From a virus, in the IMG/VR virus record IMGVR_UViG_3300000216_000003, positions 42,481 to 106,480 of that record: a stretch of 64,000 nucleotides of DNA; one strand, written 5' to 3'. Shown here one piece after another: positions 18,888-30,641 of the stretch; position 1 is the first letter of the stretch, and the number at the start of each line of letters is the position of its first letter. The translations under genes were made by a program, and so were the position numbers. The notes under the pieces were generated by a model, which ran no database searches, had not been told where the DNA came from, and saw only the letters and a program-made list of their open reading frames with translations.

Positions 18888-19199
18888 ATGGATATTGATA
18901 CTCGTTTAATACTTGATTTTAGTCCTGGTACTAAAATTAACGTTATATCTGCTACTAATGGACAAAAAAGTGTACATGCTCTCACAAGTAAAGAACTATT
19001 ACTAACTAGAGCTCACTTATATGAAATTCCCATCACTAATAAAGAACTTAATTATAAAGATTATCATGTAATTAAAGTAGAAGGTGATATTTCCGAAAGA
19101 ATACACATTTTAAATGTTAGAGATGGTATGATTGTTATAGAAGCGATTGTTCATCTTGCCAAACTTAAAGATCAAATGGTTATTGGAAAAGTAATTTAA
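18888..19199 (+). CDS. Hypothetical protein
   Basis: AAGGA SD; first gene of the beta' operon. Confidence 0.7.
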   Translation: MDIDTRLILDFSPGTKINVISATNGQKSVHALTSKELLLTRAHLYEIPITNKELNYKDYHVIKVEGDISERIHILNVRDGMIVIEAIVHLAKLKDQMVIGKVI

Positions 19200-19215
19200 T
19201 TATTAGGATTTCGTA

Positions 19216-19401
19216 ATGAAACTGAACGTAACAAAAAAAGAATTAAAATTTTTAGATGTTACAGATACTATTATTATAGAAACTAGAGATAAAAAATTAT
19301 TGAAAATAAAGCCTATTGGAAAAGGGTTTAATATTAGTATCGATGATATTATATACGATGTGAGTGATGGAACCATTAAAAAAATAGGGACTAATGATTA
19401 A
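19216..19401 (+). CDS. Hypothetical protein
   Basis: Overlaps the beta' start. Confidence 0.6.
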   Translation: MKLNVTKKELKFLDVTDTIIIETRDKKLLKIKPIGKGFNISIDDIIYDVSDGTIKKIGTND

Positions 19402-22400
19402 TAAACAAGATCTACCTGAAATTACATCATCAAAATTATATTTAGATAGTAAGAAGTCGCAAGTAGATCAAGCCGGTTTAATTTCTGAAATTGCCTTTGG
19501 ACCGGTTAAATCTTATAAATGCTCATGTGGTAATCTTAATTCCAAAGTTATTCATGAGAATCAAAGATGTATTAAGTGTAAAGTGGAATGTATTGATAAT
19601 GCTTCTAGGTATACTAGATTTGCTAAAATCAGTTTACCATTTCCAATACTCAAAAAACTCGAAAGACAAAAACTACTCAAATTTGTAAAGCGGAAGAATG
19701 CACACATATTAGATCCGGTTCAGTCAGATCGACTAACAACTACATCATTTTATATTCAATATATTAAAGATACAGATAAACTGGAATTAGTTACTGATTA
19801 TGATGCTGGAAACTGTATACCATTAGTAATAACTGGCTTATTTACATTATATTTAGGATTGTATATTGCACAAGTATACTTTACTTCTAAATCAGCAGAA
19901 GAACTATTATCTAATTTCTTTTTTGATCTTTTAGTTGTCCCTCCAAATACACGTATGTCTATACTTGTAGAGAAGGATAGTAAGATGACTATGATCACTC
20001 ATGAATTAGATAATATTTATATTAAAATTCTAAGACTAAAGCATTATTGCACTAAGTTTGATACATATCAACAGATTCGAGAATATACTGATATGATAAT
20101 TCAATCATTAGATAATAAGATTGGGATTCCAATTACTGATGATATTTTAATTACATTTGATCAATTAACAAGTAAAATTACTTATTATTGCGATGATGTA
20201 TATTCTCATATTACAGGAACTCTTAGTGGAAAGACTGGGTTGATTCGGGATCAATTTTTAGGTAGATCTATTGACTTTAGTAGCAGAGCAGTAATTGTAC
20301 CAGATCCAACTTTAAAAGCTCATGAAATAATAATTCCTCGTAAGATATTCTTAAAACTATGGCTTATAGAATACTATAGATATTTAAGAACTATGCTTAA
20401 AGATGAATGGGCCACTCTTCAGACAGCGAAGATATTATCATCAGTTACGAAGACAGAAAATTCATATACGAATGAATTAGAATATGTTGATGAATTTATT
20501 GAATACTTTTTTAGAGAAAGTGACTATAGACAACGAATTGTACTCGTAAACAGACAACCGACATTGTGGCGATACGGTATGCCCGGAGTTATTGTATCTG
20601 GAATTACAGAAGAGAATGTAATTAAAATTAGCCCTATTAGCACACAACCATTAAATGCTGACTTTGATGGTGATACATATGCTCTTTATCGGTTACATGA
20701 TAGAGGAGCTATTCAAGAAATATCGCAAAATGCTTACACTTTAAATAATATTCAATATGATCATAATACAGCATATCTTAATACTTTATCAATGGAATCT
20801 AAATATAGTTTTGTTCTTCTAACTTACTCCAAGATAAATAATGATTTAGAATATATCACTATAGATTCTTTAAAATCACTACCAATATATGAAGAACCAG
20901 AGTTAAATAAATTAGTACTATTTAATAAGAAGAGATATTCATATGGAGTATGTCTATTAAATAAATGGTGTGGATTTGATAATATTATACTAACTAAAGA
21001 ATCATCATCTGATGATCTTTCGAAAGAAATACATAAAGATAGTTTGTCTAATGAAGATTACTTTAATAGAATAAATAAAGTAAATCAATTGTTAAGTTGG
21101 TTGGTATCTACTCATTCAAAGGAAACATTAACTTTACCTTTTAACGAAGCAATTACTATTGTACATAGTGCACGTGAGAATCATCTTCTCCAACATCTAC
21201 CATCTAATCCACATATAGGGCATCAAGTACATCAAACTTTTGTAAATGATGCATATAAAAATATTCCGGAAGAGTTTAAACTTGCCAAATTAGCCAAGTC
21301 TAAATATAATAAAGTACAATTTTCAAGATCTCTTGTATCTATTGGATATATTGCAGATGATAGAAATATCATCTCACCAGAACCAGTAACGACTGCTCTA
21401 CTTAGTGGATTAACTGAAGAAGAATTTTTCAGAACATCATATGGAAGTCGTAAAGGTATTGTTGACAAGCATGATGCAACACCCCGGTCTGGATACTTGG
21501 AAAGATCATTAGTATTAAACTTATCTCCCATCGAGATAGCAGAAGAAGATTGTAACTCTACTCATGGATTTATGATTAAAATACAAGATATTAGACATTC
21601 TAAAAGTCTAAAGAATAGATATTATAGTAATAATACTGGTTGGGTATTATTTGATGGTGGAGCAGAACATGTTGGAAATAGTTATTCTTTTAGAAGTCCT
21701 ATTACATGTGCCTCTCCAAACTTTAAGATTTGTCAAAAATGTTTTGGTAGATATGAACAACGCTCTAAATTTGTAGGAATATTAGCCGGCCAATATATTG
21801 CTGAACGACTGACTCAGCTAAGTATGAGATCATTTCACACAAGTGGAAGTGCTACACTACCAGTGAACAATAATATAGAAACATTTATTAAAAATCATTT
21901 AGTTGAAATTGTTAATTATGATGATCATTGTAATTTAATATTCGATATTAAAGTAGATAATCATACATATCAAGAGTTTAAGAAAGTTGAAGGCTTTGTT
22001 AAGACAGCGAATTATGATAATATTCTTAGTTATTCTAATACTGGAGAAGTAGACAATTCAGACATTACAAAAGTCATTCAAGATATCAACAATCTACTCA
22101 ATACAGATAAGAACCCTAACCTAGCAGAAACTTATAGTAGTTTTATTACTAATACACTTTCTGTGGGTGATATCTATTCTGTTTACTGTGAAATTGTATT
22201 GGCTAATTTGTTTGTCAATAAAGATAATGTTGTGCTTAGATATGCTCTTGCAAATAGTGCTGATCCGAAAGATTGGGTTGAATATAAGAAATATAGTATT
22301 AGAGAAGTGCATAGTATTTTATCTTCTACATTATCTTTACTATTTCAACCAAATCATAAAACAATAAAGAACTTATATCGTAAACTACAAACAGGTACTG

Positions 22401-22447
22401 TTGATGATGTTAGTATCTTTGAAAGAATATGGGCTAATAAATTATGA
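19394..22447 (+). CDS. rpoC: Multisubunit RNA polymerase beta'-like subunit, unsplit
   Basis: FGP..YKCSCG...CIKC zinc domain, GKTGLIR..LGRSIDFSSRAVI, NRQPTL, NADFDGD, SGYLER, RSPITC/CQKCFG, TQLSMRSFHTSG. Confidence 0.95.
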   Translation: MINKQDLPEITSSKLYLDSKKSQVDQAGLISEIAFGPVKSYKCSCGNLNSKVIHENQRCIKCKVECIDNASRYTRFAKISLPFPILKKLERQKLLKFVKRKNAHILDPVQSDRLTTTSFYIQYIKDTDKLELVTDYDAGNCIPLVITGLFTLYLGLYIAQVYFTSKSAEELLSNFFFDLLVVPPNTRMSILVEKDSKMTMITHELDNIYIKILRLKHYCTKFDTYQQIREYTDMIIQSLDNKIGIPITDDILITFDQLTSKITYYCDDVYSHITGTLSGKTGLIRDQFLGRSIDFSSRAVIVPDPTLKAHEIIIPRKIFLKLWLIEYYRYLRTMLKDEWATLQTAKILSSVTKTENSYTNELEYVDEFIEYFFRESDYRQRIVLVNRQPTLWRYGMPGVIVSGITEENVIKISPISTQPLNADFDGDTYALYRLHDRGAIQEISQNAYTLNNIQYDHNTAYLNTLSMESKYSFVLLTYSKINNDLEYITIDSLKSLPIYEEPELNKLVLFNKKRYSYGVCLLNKWCGFDNIILTKESSSDDLSKEIHKDSLSNEDYFNRINKVNQLLSWLVSTHSKETLTLPFNEAITIVHSARENHLLQHLPSNPHIGHQVHQTFVNDAYKNIPEEFKLAKLAKSKYNKVQFSRSLVSIGYIADDRNIISPEPVTTALLSGLTEEEFFRTSYGSRKGIVDKHDATPRSGYLERSLVLNLSPIEIAEEDCNSTHGFMIKIQDIRHSKSLKNRYYSNNTGWVLFDGGAEHVGNSYSFRSPITCASPNFKICQKCFGRYEQRSKFVGILAGQYIAERLTQLSMRSFHTSGSATLPVNNNIETFIKNHLVEIVNYDDHCNLIFDIKVDNHTYQEFKKVEGFVKTANYDNILSYSNTGEVDNSDITKVIQDINNLLNTDKNPNLAETYSSFITNTLSVGDIYSVYCEIVLANLFVNKDNVVLRYALANSADPKDWVEYKKYSIREVHSILSSTLSLLFQPNHKTIKNLYRKLQTGTVDDVSIFERIWANKL

Positions 22448-22645
22448 TCTTTGAATTATTACTAGATTTGATTTCATTTAATCGGACAATCCATCCAATA
22501 ATATTTATAATAGGTGTTATTATTGTTATTGGATTAGTTATGGCAACATATGGGATCTAAATTAAATGAAGATATTGTATTAATAGTTATGATAGGTATT
22601 GGAATTGCCGTTATTATATATGAAATTATTAAATTATTAGAATGA
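22444..22645 (+). other. Two short single-TM ORFs (22444-22560, 22550-22645)
   Basis: Coupled hydrophobic 38 and 31 aa ORFs filling the gap. Confidence 0.5.
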
Positions 22646-23139
22646 TTTACTTTACATCAGATACTCACTTTAATCATGCTAAGTGTATTGAATATGATAA
22701 TAGACCATTTAGAGATGTTGAAGATATGAATAGTAGTATTATAAGAAACTGGAATAATGTTATCTCCCCCATGGATGAAGTTTACCATTTAGGGGATGTT
22801 GCATTTGGTAGAGGTGATGAGTGCCTAGAAATTTTAAATAGTTTGAACGGCACTATCTATCTCTTAAAAGGTAATCATGAGAAAACAGCTCTTAATAGTT
22901 CTTCATCCAGATTTACATGGGTGAAGGATTATTATGAACTTAAATATAATAAACAGGTATTTGTACTTTGTCATTATCCATTTGCAACTTGGAATCGTTC
23001 TCATTATGGTTCAATGAATTTACATGGACATTGTCACGGTACCTATCTAGATCTTAGAAACCAAGTAGATGTTGGCACCATGTGTCATAATTATACACCA
23101 ATTTCAATTAACCAACTAATGGAGAATTTTAGAATATGA
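22642..23139 (+). CDS. Calcineurin-like metallophosphoesterase
   Basis: SDTH, LGD, GNHE, HGHCH motifs. Confidence 0.9.
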   Translation: MIYFTSDTHFNHAKCIEYDNRPFRDVEDMNSSIIRNWNNVISPMDEVYHLGDVAFGRGDECLEILNSLNGTIYLLKGNHEKTALNSSSSRFTWVKDYYELKYNKQVFVLCHYPFATWNRSHYGSMNLHGHCHGTYLDLRNQVDVGTMCHNYTPISINQLMENFRI

Positions 23140-23447
23140 AAGTTGTATCATTCATGTTAACAAATAATAGAGAAATTATTGGCACCCTTATCGAAGATAA
23201 AGAGTCAGTGATTATTCTTAAGAATGTGATAAGTATTGTAGTTTCTCAGAATCCAGAGACTCAAGAATTGAAGAAAGAATTCGCTCCACTTACTATGTTT
23301 GCAAAAAATGGTGAGAAAGGTATTAAAATGGATTTACCTAGAACATCTGTACTATTTTCATATGCATTGGATACTACATTAGAAGCGGCATATACTACAT
23401 TTGTTACAGGTATTGCTACACCTCCAAAACCTAAAATTATTGTATAA
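23136..23447 (+). CDS. Possible Sm/LSm-fold protein
   Basis: V.FML.N.REIIG.L..., all-beta pattern. Confidence 0.45.
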   Translation: MKVVSFMLTNNREIIGTLIEDKESVIILKNVISIVVSQNPETQELKKEFAPLTMFAKNGEKGIKMDLPRTSVLFSYALDTTLEAAYTTFVTGIATPPKPKIIV

Positions 23448-24930
23448 TGGATCATAAACTTAATAATATCATAGATAAGCATCTTGAATTATTAGCGGAT
23501 AATAAATTCGAAGAATGTAATAAAATATTAAAACGAACTAGAATAAAGACTACTAAAACGGAAGAGTTACTCACTCATATGCAAGCAACAGTAGCCTTTA
23601 AAGATGAATTACCTTATTATAATACATTATATACTGAATCAGTTAAACATATGAAAAGAAGGAAAGAATTTACTGAAGCCTTAATCGAAGGATTATAGTA
23701 TGTCTACTGAACAAGATAATAAACTAGTTTGGAACGCATTTAAGATTATTATGGCTTTTGGAATAGCTATATATATTGCAGTTGTTGTATTTAACAAAGG
23801 TAATAATACAGCTACACAGTATTACACAAAGACAATTACTAATAAATTTTTAGCTACTGATTGTCTTAAATATGATCAAAAAACTGGTAAATTAGTAGGA
23901 AATAATTCTTCCGAAACATGTAATCATAAAAAGAATACAAATGATATTATAGTATTATTTAATATATTAAATAAATAATATGGAGATAAATACTAATGAG
24001 ATGAGATTATTATATGGGAAAGATATGAATATGACGTCTCTTATTGATCATATTAAAGAAGTAAGAGACCAGAAAATTCAAGAAGTAGCTAATGGAAGTG
24101 ATGCCCGCTCTACGACTAGTGTCGTGGAGCAGGTTCAATTTCGTAATCAAGTAGAACTTGACCGAGGAATCGGACATAGTATTAACATTAAAGTTTAAGT
24201 GGAATCCCCACTTTTTATTTGTCAATCAGACTAAGGATGATAATCAAGCATGAAAATTTATAGAATTAATAAGCATAAAGTAAGTGATGGCCTAATGATA
24301 GATCATAGCCCTTTTCATAAAATTGTACTTGGAAAAGGTAAAGACAAGCGTTCAACTTGGATGCCAATCGGTACTAAAGATGTACCTCAAATTACAGAAG
24401 AAGTTGATATTTGCCCACAGAGAGGGAAGTTTGTTACAGAAGTAGGGGAAGGTGTATCTAAGAATTGTCGTTTATGCGGTGAAATTCTAAATACTGATGG
24501 TAACCATCCGGATGCTGGTATGACTCGAAGAATTAATAAAGCTAATGTATTATTCTTAAGAGATAAAGAGACCGGTAAGAGAACTGGTAAATATTTATTA
24601 GTGGCTCCAAGAGAAAATATAGATGATGATAGTGATCGTGTACTAGTATTGTGGAGAGTCCCATTTAGTTCTGCCGTTACTATTAGTTCTACAACAAATG
24701 CAAAGATTGTAGCAATGGATGTAAATACTACACATAGCTTGGAAACTGCAGAATGTTTTGCTATTCTTAATAAAGGGCAATCATTAACCGCTGAAGTCCA
24801 TGGTCAACAATATGGTACATTAACATATTCAGGAAAACAATTAGATGCAAAAGAACCTTTATTTAAAACAGAGTTTATTAAAACTAATGACATTGTAATC
24901 CCAGAAGAAGCTGTTGAAGAAGCTGCTTGA
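23447..24930 (+). other. Four hypothetical genes (23447-23698, 23700-23978 with TM, 23980-24198, 24250-24930)
   Basis: Contiguous ORFs with no assignable function. Confidence 0.65.
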
Positions 24931-24991
24931 GTATTGATAAATTTGATATAGATATAATGGAATTCAATCACTCTTAAATAGGATTATTTAT

Positions 24992-25297
24992 ATGTCAGAT
25001 ATAAATGTATTAGAACCCGAATTGAAGAATAAGAAAAAGGTAAAAGAACCAACATTCTGGAAAGTAATATTAAAGAATGATGATTTTACTCCTATGAATT
25101 TTGTTATTGATGTACTGCAAAAATTCTTTGGAAAATCAGCAGGAGTAGCTGAACAGATTATGATGAATGTCCATGAGCAAGGACAGGGTATCGCTGGTCT
25201 ATATACTCATGAAATTGCAGAAACCAAAGTAGAACAAGTTAATACGTATGCTAAACAGCATAATCATCCATTTACTGTAACAATGCAGGAGAACTAG
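24992..25297 (+). CDS. clpS: ATP-dependent Clp protease adaptor ClpS
   Basis: WKVILKNDDFTPMNFVIDVL, IMMNVHEQGQG, EIAETKV, HPF. Confidence 0.95.
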   Translation: MSDINVLEPELKNKKKVKEPTFWKVILKNDDFTPMNFVIDVLQKFFGKSAGVAEQIMMNVHEQGQGIAGLYTHEIAETKVEQVNTYAKQHNHPFTVTMQEN

Positions 25298-25298
25298 A

Positions 25299-26589
25299 TT
25301 GTCGAATTCCCCCATTTATGATGGTATGCAAGATTTTATCAATTATTTAAAACAAGAAGTTGAAGATATTCAAGTATATGGATTATATACATCTACTAAT
25401 AGCTTGGATACCTTTAAACAAACTCTTAAAGTATGTAATGATATGATTAAAACATTACCTATTAAAAGTGTCGCATCGATTTAATGTTTATTGGCGATGC
25501 GGTAACTGTCAAGAAGTGATTATTACTTCAGCAGTTACCGCAGAGTCTTTTACTAAACATAGATCCTCACAATCTGAGTATTCTATGAATTATAGGCATC
25601 ATGCATGTTTAAATACCGAAGTTATTGGTATATTGATTCCCTTTAAATTTGAAAAGGATATAATAACACATGAACAATCCAGATTGCTTAACTAAATGTT
25701 ATAATTATCAAGGTATTCAAAATGATTTAGAATCGATGGCGGCCATATTATATAATATATGTACACATAAAAAACATAATAGTAGTGCTTTAGAATGGTT
25801 ATCAAAGAATTATCCAGATTTATTTGAAAAATTAAAAGAATCAGATAATCAAAATAATTATAAACCTGGGTTTGATCATGGAATACAAACAAATGATAAG
25901 TAAAGAATTTACATATTGACTTTAAGGGTATTTTGAAATAGGAAGGTAAAAATTAAATGGGAATGTTTGATACGTTTATCGTTGAATATAAAGGACGAGA
26001 ACTAGAAATCCAGACTAAACGATTCGGTTCTAATATGGATGAATGGCGAATTGGAGATGTTGTTGAAGGATCCCCTGTTGGTATTCACACATATTATGAG
26101 ACAGTATGGGCTGATAGTGAAGGTAATATTAAACATACAAAAGACGTTACAAGTATAGAAATATATATTACACTTGCTAGTTTTGTTTTTGTTGATGCTA
26201 TTGTAGTAGTTAAAGAAAAAGAATCCGAAAAGAAAGATATCCTTATTACTATTGGATCTTTAAATAGTAAATGGTCAGATACTAATACTTTTATTAATTT
26301 TGCAGTAGGGCAACTATTTAAAAAACAACAACAAATTAAAAAATTAGATAATATTATTACATCCACCCTTGCTGATATTAAATATTGGAAACGAGATCAT
26401 ACAAAAGAAGAATCAACCCATTATGTATTAAGAAGTATTACTAAATTACATCATGGAGAGTTTCTAAAGCTACTTACAGATTCTGAATTTATAGATGCGC
26501 TATATAATAAAATAGAAAAGAATAAAAATATACAAGTTATTACAACCACATTAGAAATTGAAAGTGAATTAGAACAATATAAACTTTAA
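25299..26589 (+). other. Four hypothetical genes (25299-25484, 25468-25695 with CxxC, 25670-25903, 25957-26589)
   Basis: Overlapping plus-strand ORFs. Confidence 0.6.
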
Positions 26590-26627
26590 AGAGGGTAATA
26601 CCTCTTTTTATTTTAAGGATTTAAAAT

Positions 26628-27674
26628 TTGAAATTACAAGATGCATCCAAAGTTATTTATGAACAAAAATATCAATTAAAAGATTTACATGGAAATCAAG
26701 TTGATAAAGATGTAAATGATACATTTAGACGAGTGGCTAAAGCAGTCGCTAGTGTAGAAGTTAATATGCCAGTAAAATGTAATATATGCTTTGGTTCAGG
26801 CGTATGTGTAAAGCCATTAATAGCCCCAGAACCTCCAGATGTACCATGTCCTAATGGATGTAAAAAATCTGAAGGAGATTTTGATTTAGTAACATTCTGG
26901 GAAGGACAATTTAACTGGGCACTAAATAATGGACTACTTGGCGCTGGTCGTATCATGGCTAATGCTGGAGCCGAAGAATATAAACCAGGGACAAGTCTAA
27001 TTAATTGCACAGTTTCAGATACTATGCCTGATAGTATGGAGGGTATCTTTAAAGTATTGAATCAAGCAGCACTTACACTGAAAAGTGGTGCCGGAATCGG
27101 TTATGAATTTAGTACCCTTCGCCCAAAAGGTGCGATGGTTAATGGTGTGGGGGCAAGTACCTCCGGACCTTTGAGTTTTAGCGACATATTTGAGGCGATG
27201 TGTCGGACGATTAGTAGCGCCGGCGGTAGACGTGGAGCTCAGATGATGACGTTTTCAATTTCACATCCTGATATTGAAGAAGTTATTAATGTTAAACGTG
27301 AAGATGGTCGTCTTCGCAAGTTCAATATTTCCATTCTTATTACTAAAGATTTTATGGAAGCAGTTAAAGATGATGCTGATTGGGATTTATATTTTCCAAT
27401 GTCTAAGGCTGAGGATCCGACTAAAGTAAAGACTATTGCTAAAGAATGGCCAATATACGATAAAAATCATCTATATTATGAATCTCCTGAACCTGAAAAT
27501 AAAAGAGAAGCTATTTGCAGGGTATATAAAACTGTTAAAGCCCGAGATTTATATAATAAGATAATGAAATCTACTTATGATTATGGAGATCCCGGATTTA
27601 TTCTAATTGACGAATATAATGATAAGAATAATCTATGGTGGGCTGAACTTATTAGAGCAACTAACCCGTGTGGT
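26628..27674 (+). CDS. nrdJa: Class II (B12-dependent) ribonucleotide reductase NrdJa, exon 1
   Basis: AGRIMANAG, SLINC, GAGIGYEFSTLRP, GGRRGAQM; ends at ATNPCG. Confidence 0.93.
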
Positions 27675-28534
27675 AGGTAAATTGTTTGCCTCACGTTAAA
27701 AAATTCTGTTAATTGCTGGAAGCCTTAACTGGTAATCAGCAGCCAAACCTAATTAATAGTAGGAAGGTTCAGAGACTACAGGTAATGACATCAATTTAAA
27801 GGAAAGTAATTCCAATGGAAATACTAACATCAAAACAGATTAAAAAAATAATTTTAGGTATTTTAGTATCTGATGGGTATATTATAAAAGAACAAAGATT
27901 TGGGTTTGGAAATAAATCAAAAGAATATGTTGATTATACAAAGAGTGTATTGGATCAAATAACTGGTGTGAATTCAAGTATTACTAAACGATTTTATAAA
28001 AATTACAGTACTACTGGGCATCAATTAAACAATACAAATAAACATCCTTATTTTCGAAAACTACGCAAGATCTTTTACCCAAATGGGAAAAAAACACTTA
28101 CTCCATACATCTGTAATAGATTAGATGCGCAAGCATTTGCCCATATATGGATGGGAGATGGTACGTTGAAACATACAAAAAACAGAGTAAAAAATACTAT
28201 TCAAAATAATGGTATTCTCTGTTTAGAGAGTTTTACAATTCCAGAATTAGAATTATTAGTTAATCGTTTAAATTTATTTAATATCCATTCAACACTTATA
28301 AAAGTACCATGGGGACATGGATACAGAGTTCGTTTTATGGGACCACATTTACAAAGATTTATGTCTTTGGTGTATCCTTATATATTGGATGATTTCAAAT
28401 ACAAGACTCGTCTATATTATAAAACGAAATTATATGTTGATATGTCATTACCGAATGCAGAACATTATGTGATAGAATATTCACATATTGATGATATAGT
28501 CCGATCTTCTTAGAAATAAGAAGTTAACATTTTG
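27675..28534 (+). mobile_element. Group I intron in nrdJa
   Basis: Exon ends in U and intron ends in G; IGS GCCUCAC (27688-94) gives U.G at the 5' splice site; UUGUUU pairs with exon-2 GAACAA (P10); P AAUUGCUGGAAA, Q AAUCAGCAG, R UCAGAGACUA, S GAUAUAGUCC; GAAA-capped P9; splicing restores NPCG-EQ. Confidence 0.93.
27815..28513 (+). CDS. Intron-encoded double-motif LAGLIDADG homing endonuclease
   Basis: ILGILVSDG and FAHIWMGDG motifs; lies between R and S elements and overlaps S. Confidence 0.88.
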   Translation: MEILTSKQIKKIILGILVSDGYIIKEQRFGFGNKSKEYVDYTKSVLDQITGVNSSITKRFYKNYSTTGHQLNNTNKHPYFRKLRKIFYPNGKKTLTPYICNRLDAQAFAHIWMGDGTLKHTKNRVKNTIQNNGILCLESFTIPELELLVNRLNLFNIHSTLIKVPWGHGYRVRFMGPHLQRFMSLVYPYILDDFKYKTRLYYKTKLYVDMSLPNAEHYVIEYSHIDDIVRSS

Positions 28535-29740
28535 GAACAAGGTTTACCCGCCCATGGAGCATGCTTACTTGGCTCTATTAATTTAACTCATTTTGTTAAT
28601 AACCCATTTAGTATTAATCCGCAATTTGATAGTGAAAAGTTTAAGAAAGTCATCGCTATTGCTACAAGATTCTTAGATAATGTTGTTGAAATTAATGGAC
28701 TCCCATTAGATGAGCAACAGAAAGAACTATATAGAAAACGCAGACATGGTCTGGGTATTGCTGGACTTGGAAGTACACTATGTATGTTAAAAACTAAATA
28801 TGGCTCACCAACTGCTATTAAATTCACAGAAAAAATAACTAAGATTATGGCAATTCAAAGTTATGAAACTGGTGTTGAATTAGCAAAAGAAAAAGGTGCT
28901 GCTCCTATTTTACTTGAAACATTTCCAATTAATTTTGAAATTGAAAATCGTTTAGAAGAAGCTGGTATGGATTCTGACTATATTAGTTTAAGTTCTCCAA
29001 AAGAAGGGGAAGTTAAAGGTAGTTGGCTTATGGCATCTTCGAAGTATTTTAAAGATTTTCCAAAACAGTTAGTAGATGATATTGGAGCATATGGTTGTAG
29101 ATTTAGTCATGCTACTAGTATTGCACCAACAGGTACTATTAGTTTAAGTTTCTTTAATAATTGCAGTAATGGAATTGAACCATCATTTAGTCATTATTAT
29201 CAACGTAATATTATTAAAGAAGGTAAAAATACTAAAGATATGGTAGATGTTTATAGTTATGAAATTCTAAAATATAAAGAATTTCTAGATAATACTGATA
29301 ACCCCCATACAGTAGTAGATAATAAGATTGAAGATATTATTGCTAATGGATTACCTGATTACTTTGTAGCTGCGCATGATGTTTCTCCAAAAGAACATAT
29401 TGATATGCAAGCCGCAGCTCAACGATGGATTGATTCAAGTATCAGTAAAACTGTAAATATCCCTACTGATTATCCATATGAGAAATTTCAAGATTTATAT
29501 ATGTATGCTTACGAACAAGGACTTAAAGGATTAGCAGCATATAGACATAATCCTGACGGTGGTCAAGTAGGCGTATTAGTAAAGAAAGATGAATTAGCAA
29601 AGCAGAAATATAGATTTAATCTTGAAGATGGTTCAACTGTTGAATTATCTGGTGATGAAGAAATTGAATATGATGGACAAATGCATAATGTTGCAAATCT
29701 TCACGAGTCACTAAAAGAAGGGTTGTATGGCAAAATGTGA
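28535..29740 (+). CDS. nrdJa: Class II ribonucleotide reductase NrdJa, exon 2
   Basis: EQGLP..GACLLGSINL, RRHGLG, SIAPTGTISL, SNGIEP, DSSISKT; C-terminus EEIEYDG...LKEGLYGK typical of split NrdJa. Confidence 0.93.
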   Translation, partial: EQGLPAHGACLLGSINLTHFVNNPFSINPQFDSEKFKKVIAIATRFLDNVVEINGLPLDEQQKELYRKRRHGLGIAGLGSTLCMLKTKYGSPTAIKFTEKITKIMAIQSYETGVELAKEKGAAPILLETFPINFEIENRLEEAGMDSDYISLSSPKEGEVKGSWLMASSKYFKDFPKQLVDDIGAYGCRFSHATSIAPTGTISLSFFNNCSNGIEPSFSHYYQRNIIKEGKNTKDMVDVYSYEILKYKEFLDNTDNPHTVVDNKIEDIIANGLPDYFVAAHDVSPKEHIDMQAAAQRWIDSSISKTVNIPTDYPYEKFQDLYMYAYEQGLKGLAAYRHNPDGGQVGVLVKKDELAKQKYRFNLEDGSTVELSGDEEIEYDGQMHNVANLHESLKEGLYGKM

Positions 29741-30356
29741 TCATTCTGATCTATTGAGCCTTGATGAAATGCCTTCGGCTTCGGTCGAAGGTACTTCTGA
29801 AAATAATGATTATACTTTAGAAATTAAAGGGAAAACAATATATATTCCAAATACTCATCTTGTTGGTATTGGATTAATATGTTCAATGATTGATATTAAT
29901 GGTTATCCTATGTATAAATCATTAAAGAGAAATGGCCCAGTATTGGATCAAGTTATAAAAAAACAGATATTAACAGTATTACTAGAAACTGAATCCGAGT
30001 CTAATTTTAAAAATGAAATAACTAGAGAATTATTGGAGTTAAATTAAATGTTAGAAATAGGCGGTTTTAAAGTACAAGCGAATGGTAGAATATTAATTTA
30101 TAGTACCCCGTCTGGGCGAAATAATGGAATATATAAAGCTATGATACAAAGAATGTCTGTCCGGGAAATACGTGAATCTATTGATAATTGTTTATATGGA
30201 ACTGGAGATAGTATGATATATGGTATATTAACAGAAGTTATTTATAGAATCCATAATAATGCAGATAAAATACTTGTTATTAAAGGGGTATCTCCTCATA
30301 TTGAATCATCTAAATATAAGAATAAAATTACTAAACAATTATTGGAGTTAAATTAA
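29727..30356 (+). other. Two hypothetical genes (29727-30047, 30048-30356) with shared C-terminal tail
   Basis: KNEITRELLELN / KNKITKQLLELN; 23 identical nt at 30028-30050 and 30337-30359. Confidence 0.7.
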
Positions 30357-30605
30357 ATGCCACTTTATGGATTTAAATGTGAAGGTTGTAATTACGAAGA
30401 AGAAATTGCAGCTAAAATAGCAGATAGAGATAAACCACAACTATGCCCAAGTTGCAAATTATGTAATATGAAAAGGGATTTATTAATTGGAGCAGTAGTG
30501 TATAGCAATAGAATGTTTAGGGCTATTACTAAAAGCGATACTCCAACAGAAAAACCAAGTCGGACAGCGGTGAAGAAGCATTCAAGATATGCTGGCGAAG
30601 ATTAA
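30357..30605 (+). CDS. FmdB-family zinc-ribbon protein
   Basis: MPLYGFKCEGC...CPSC. Confidence 0.8.
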   Translation: MPLYGFKCEGCNYEEEIAAKIADRDKPQLCPSCKLCNMKRDLLIGAVVYSNRMFRAITKSDTPTEKPSRTAVKKHSRYAGED

Positions 30606-30641
30606 CGTTTTAAAAGATCTAATATAGATATTATAATTTTT

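Noticed and set aside
27815-28513. Intein in nrdJ
   Set aside because: In-frame stop after NPCG, a separately initiated ORF and clear group I RNA elements
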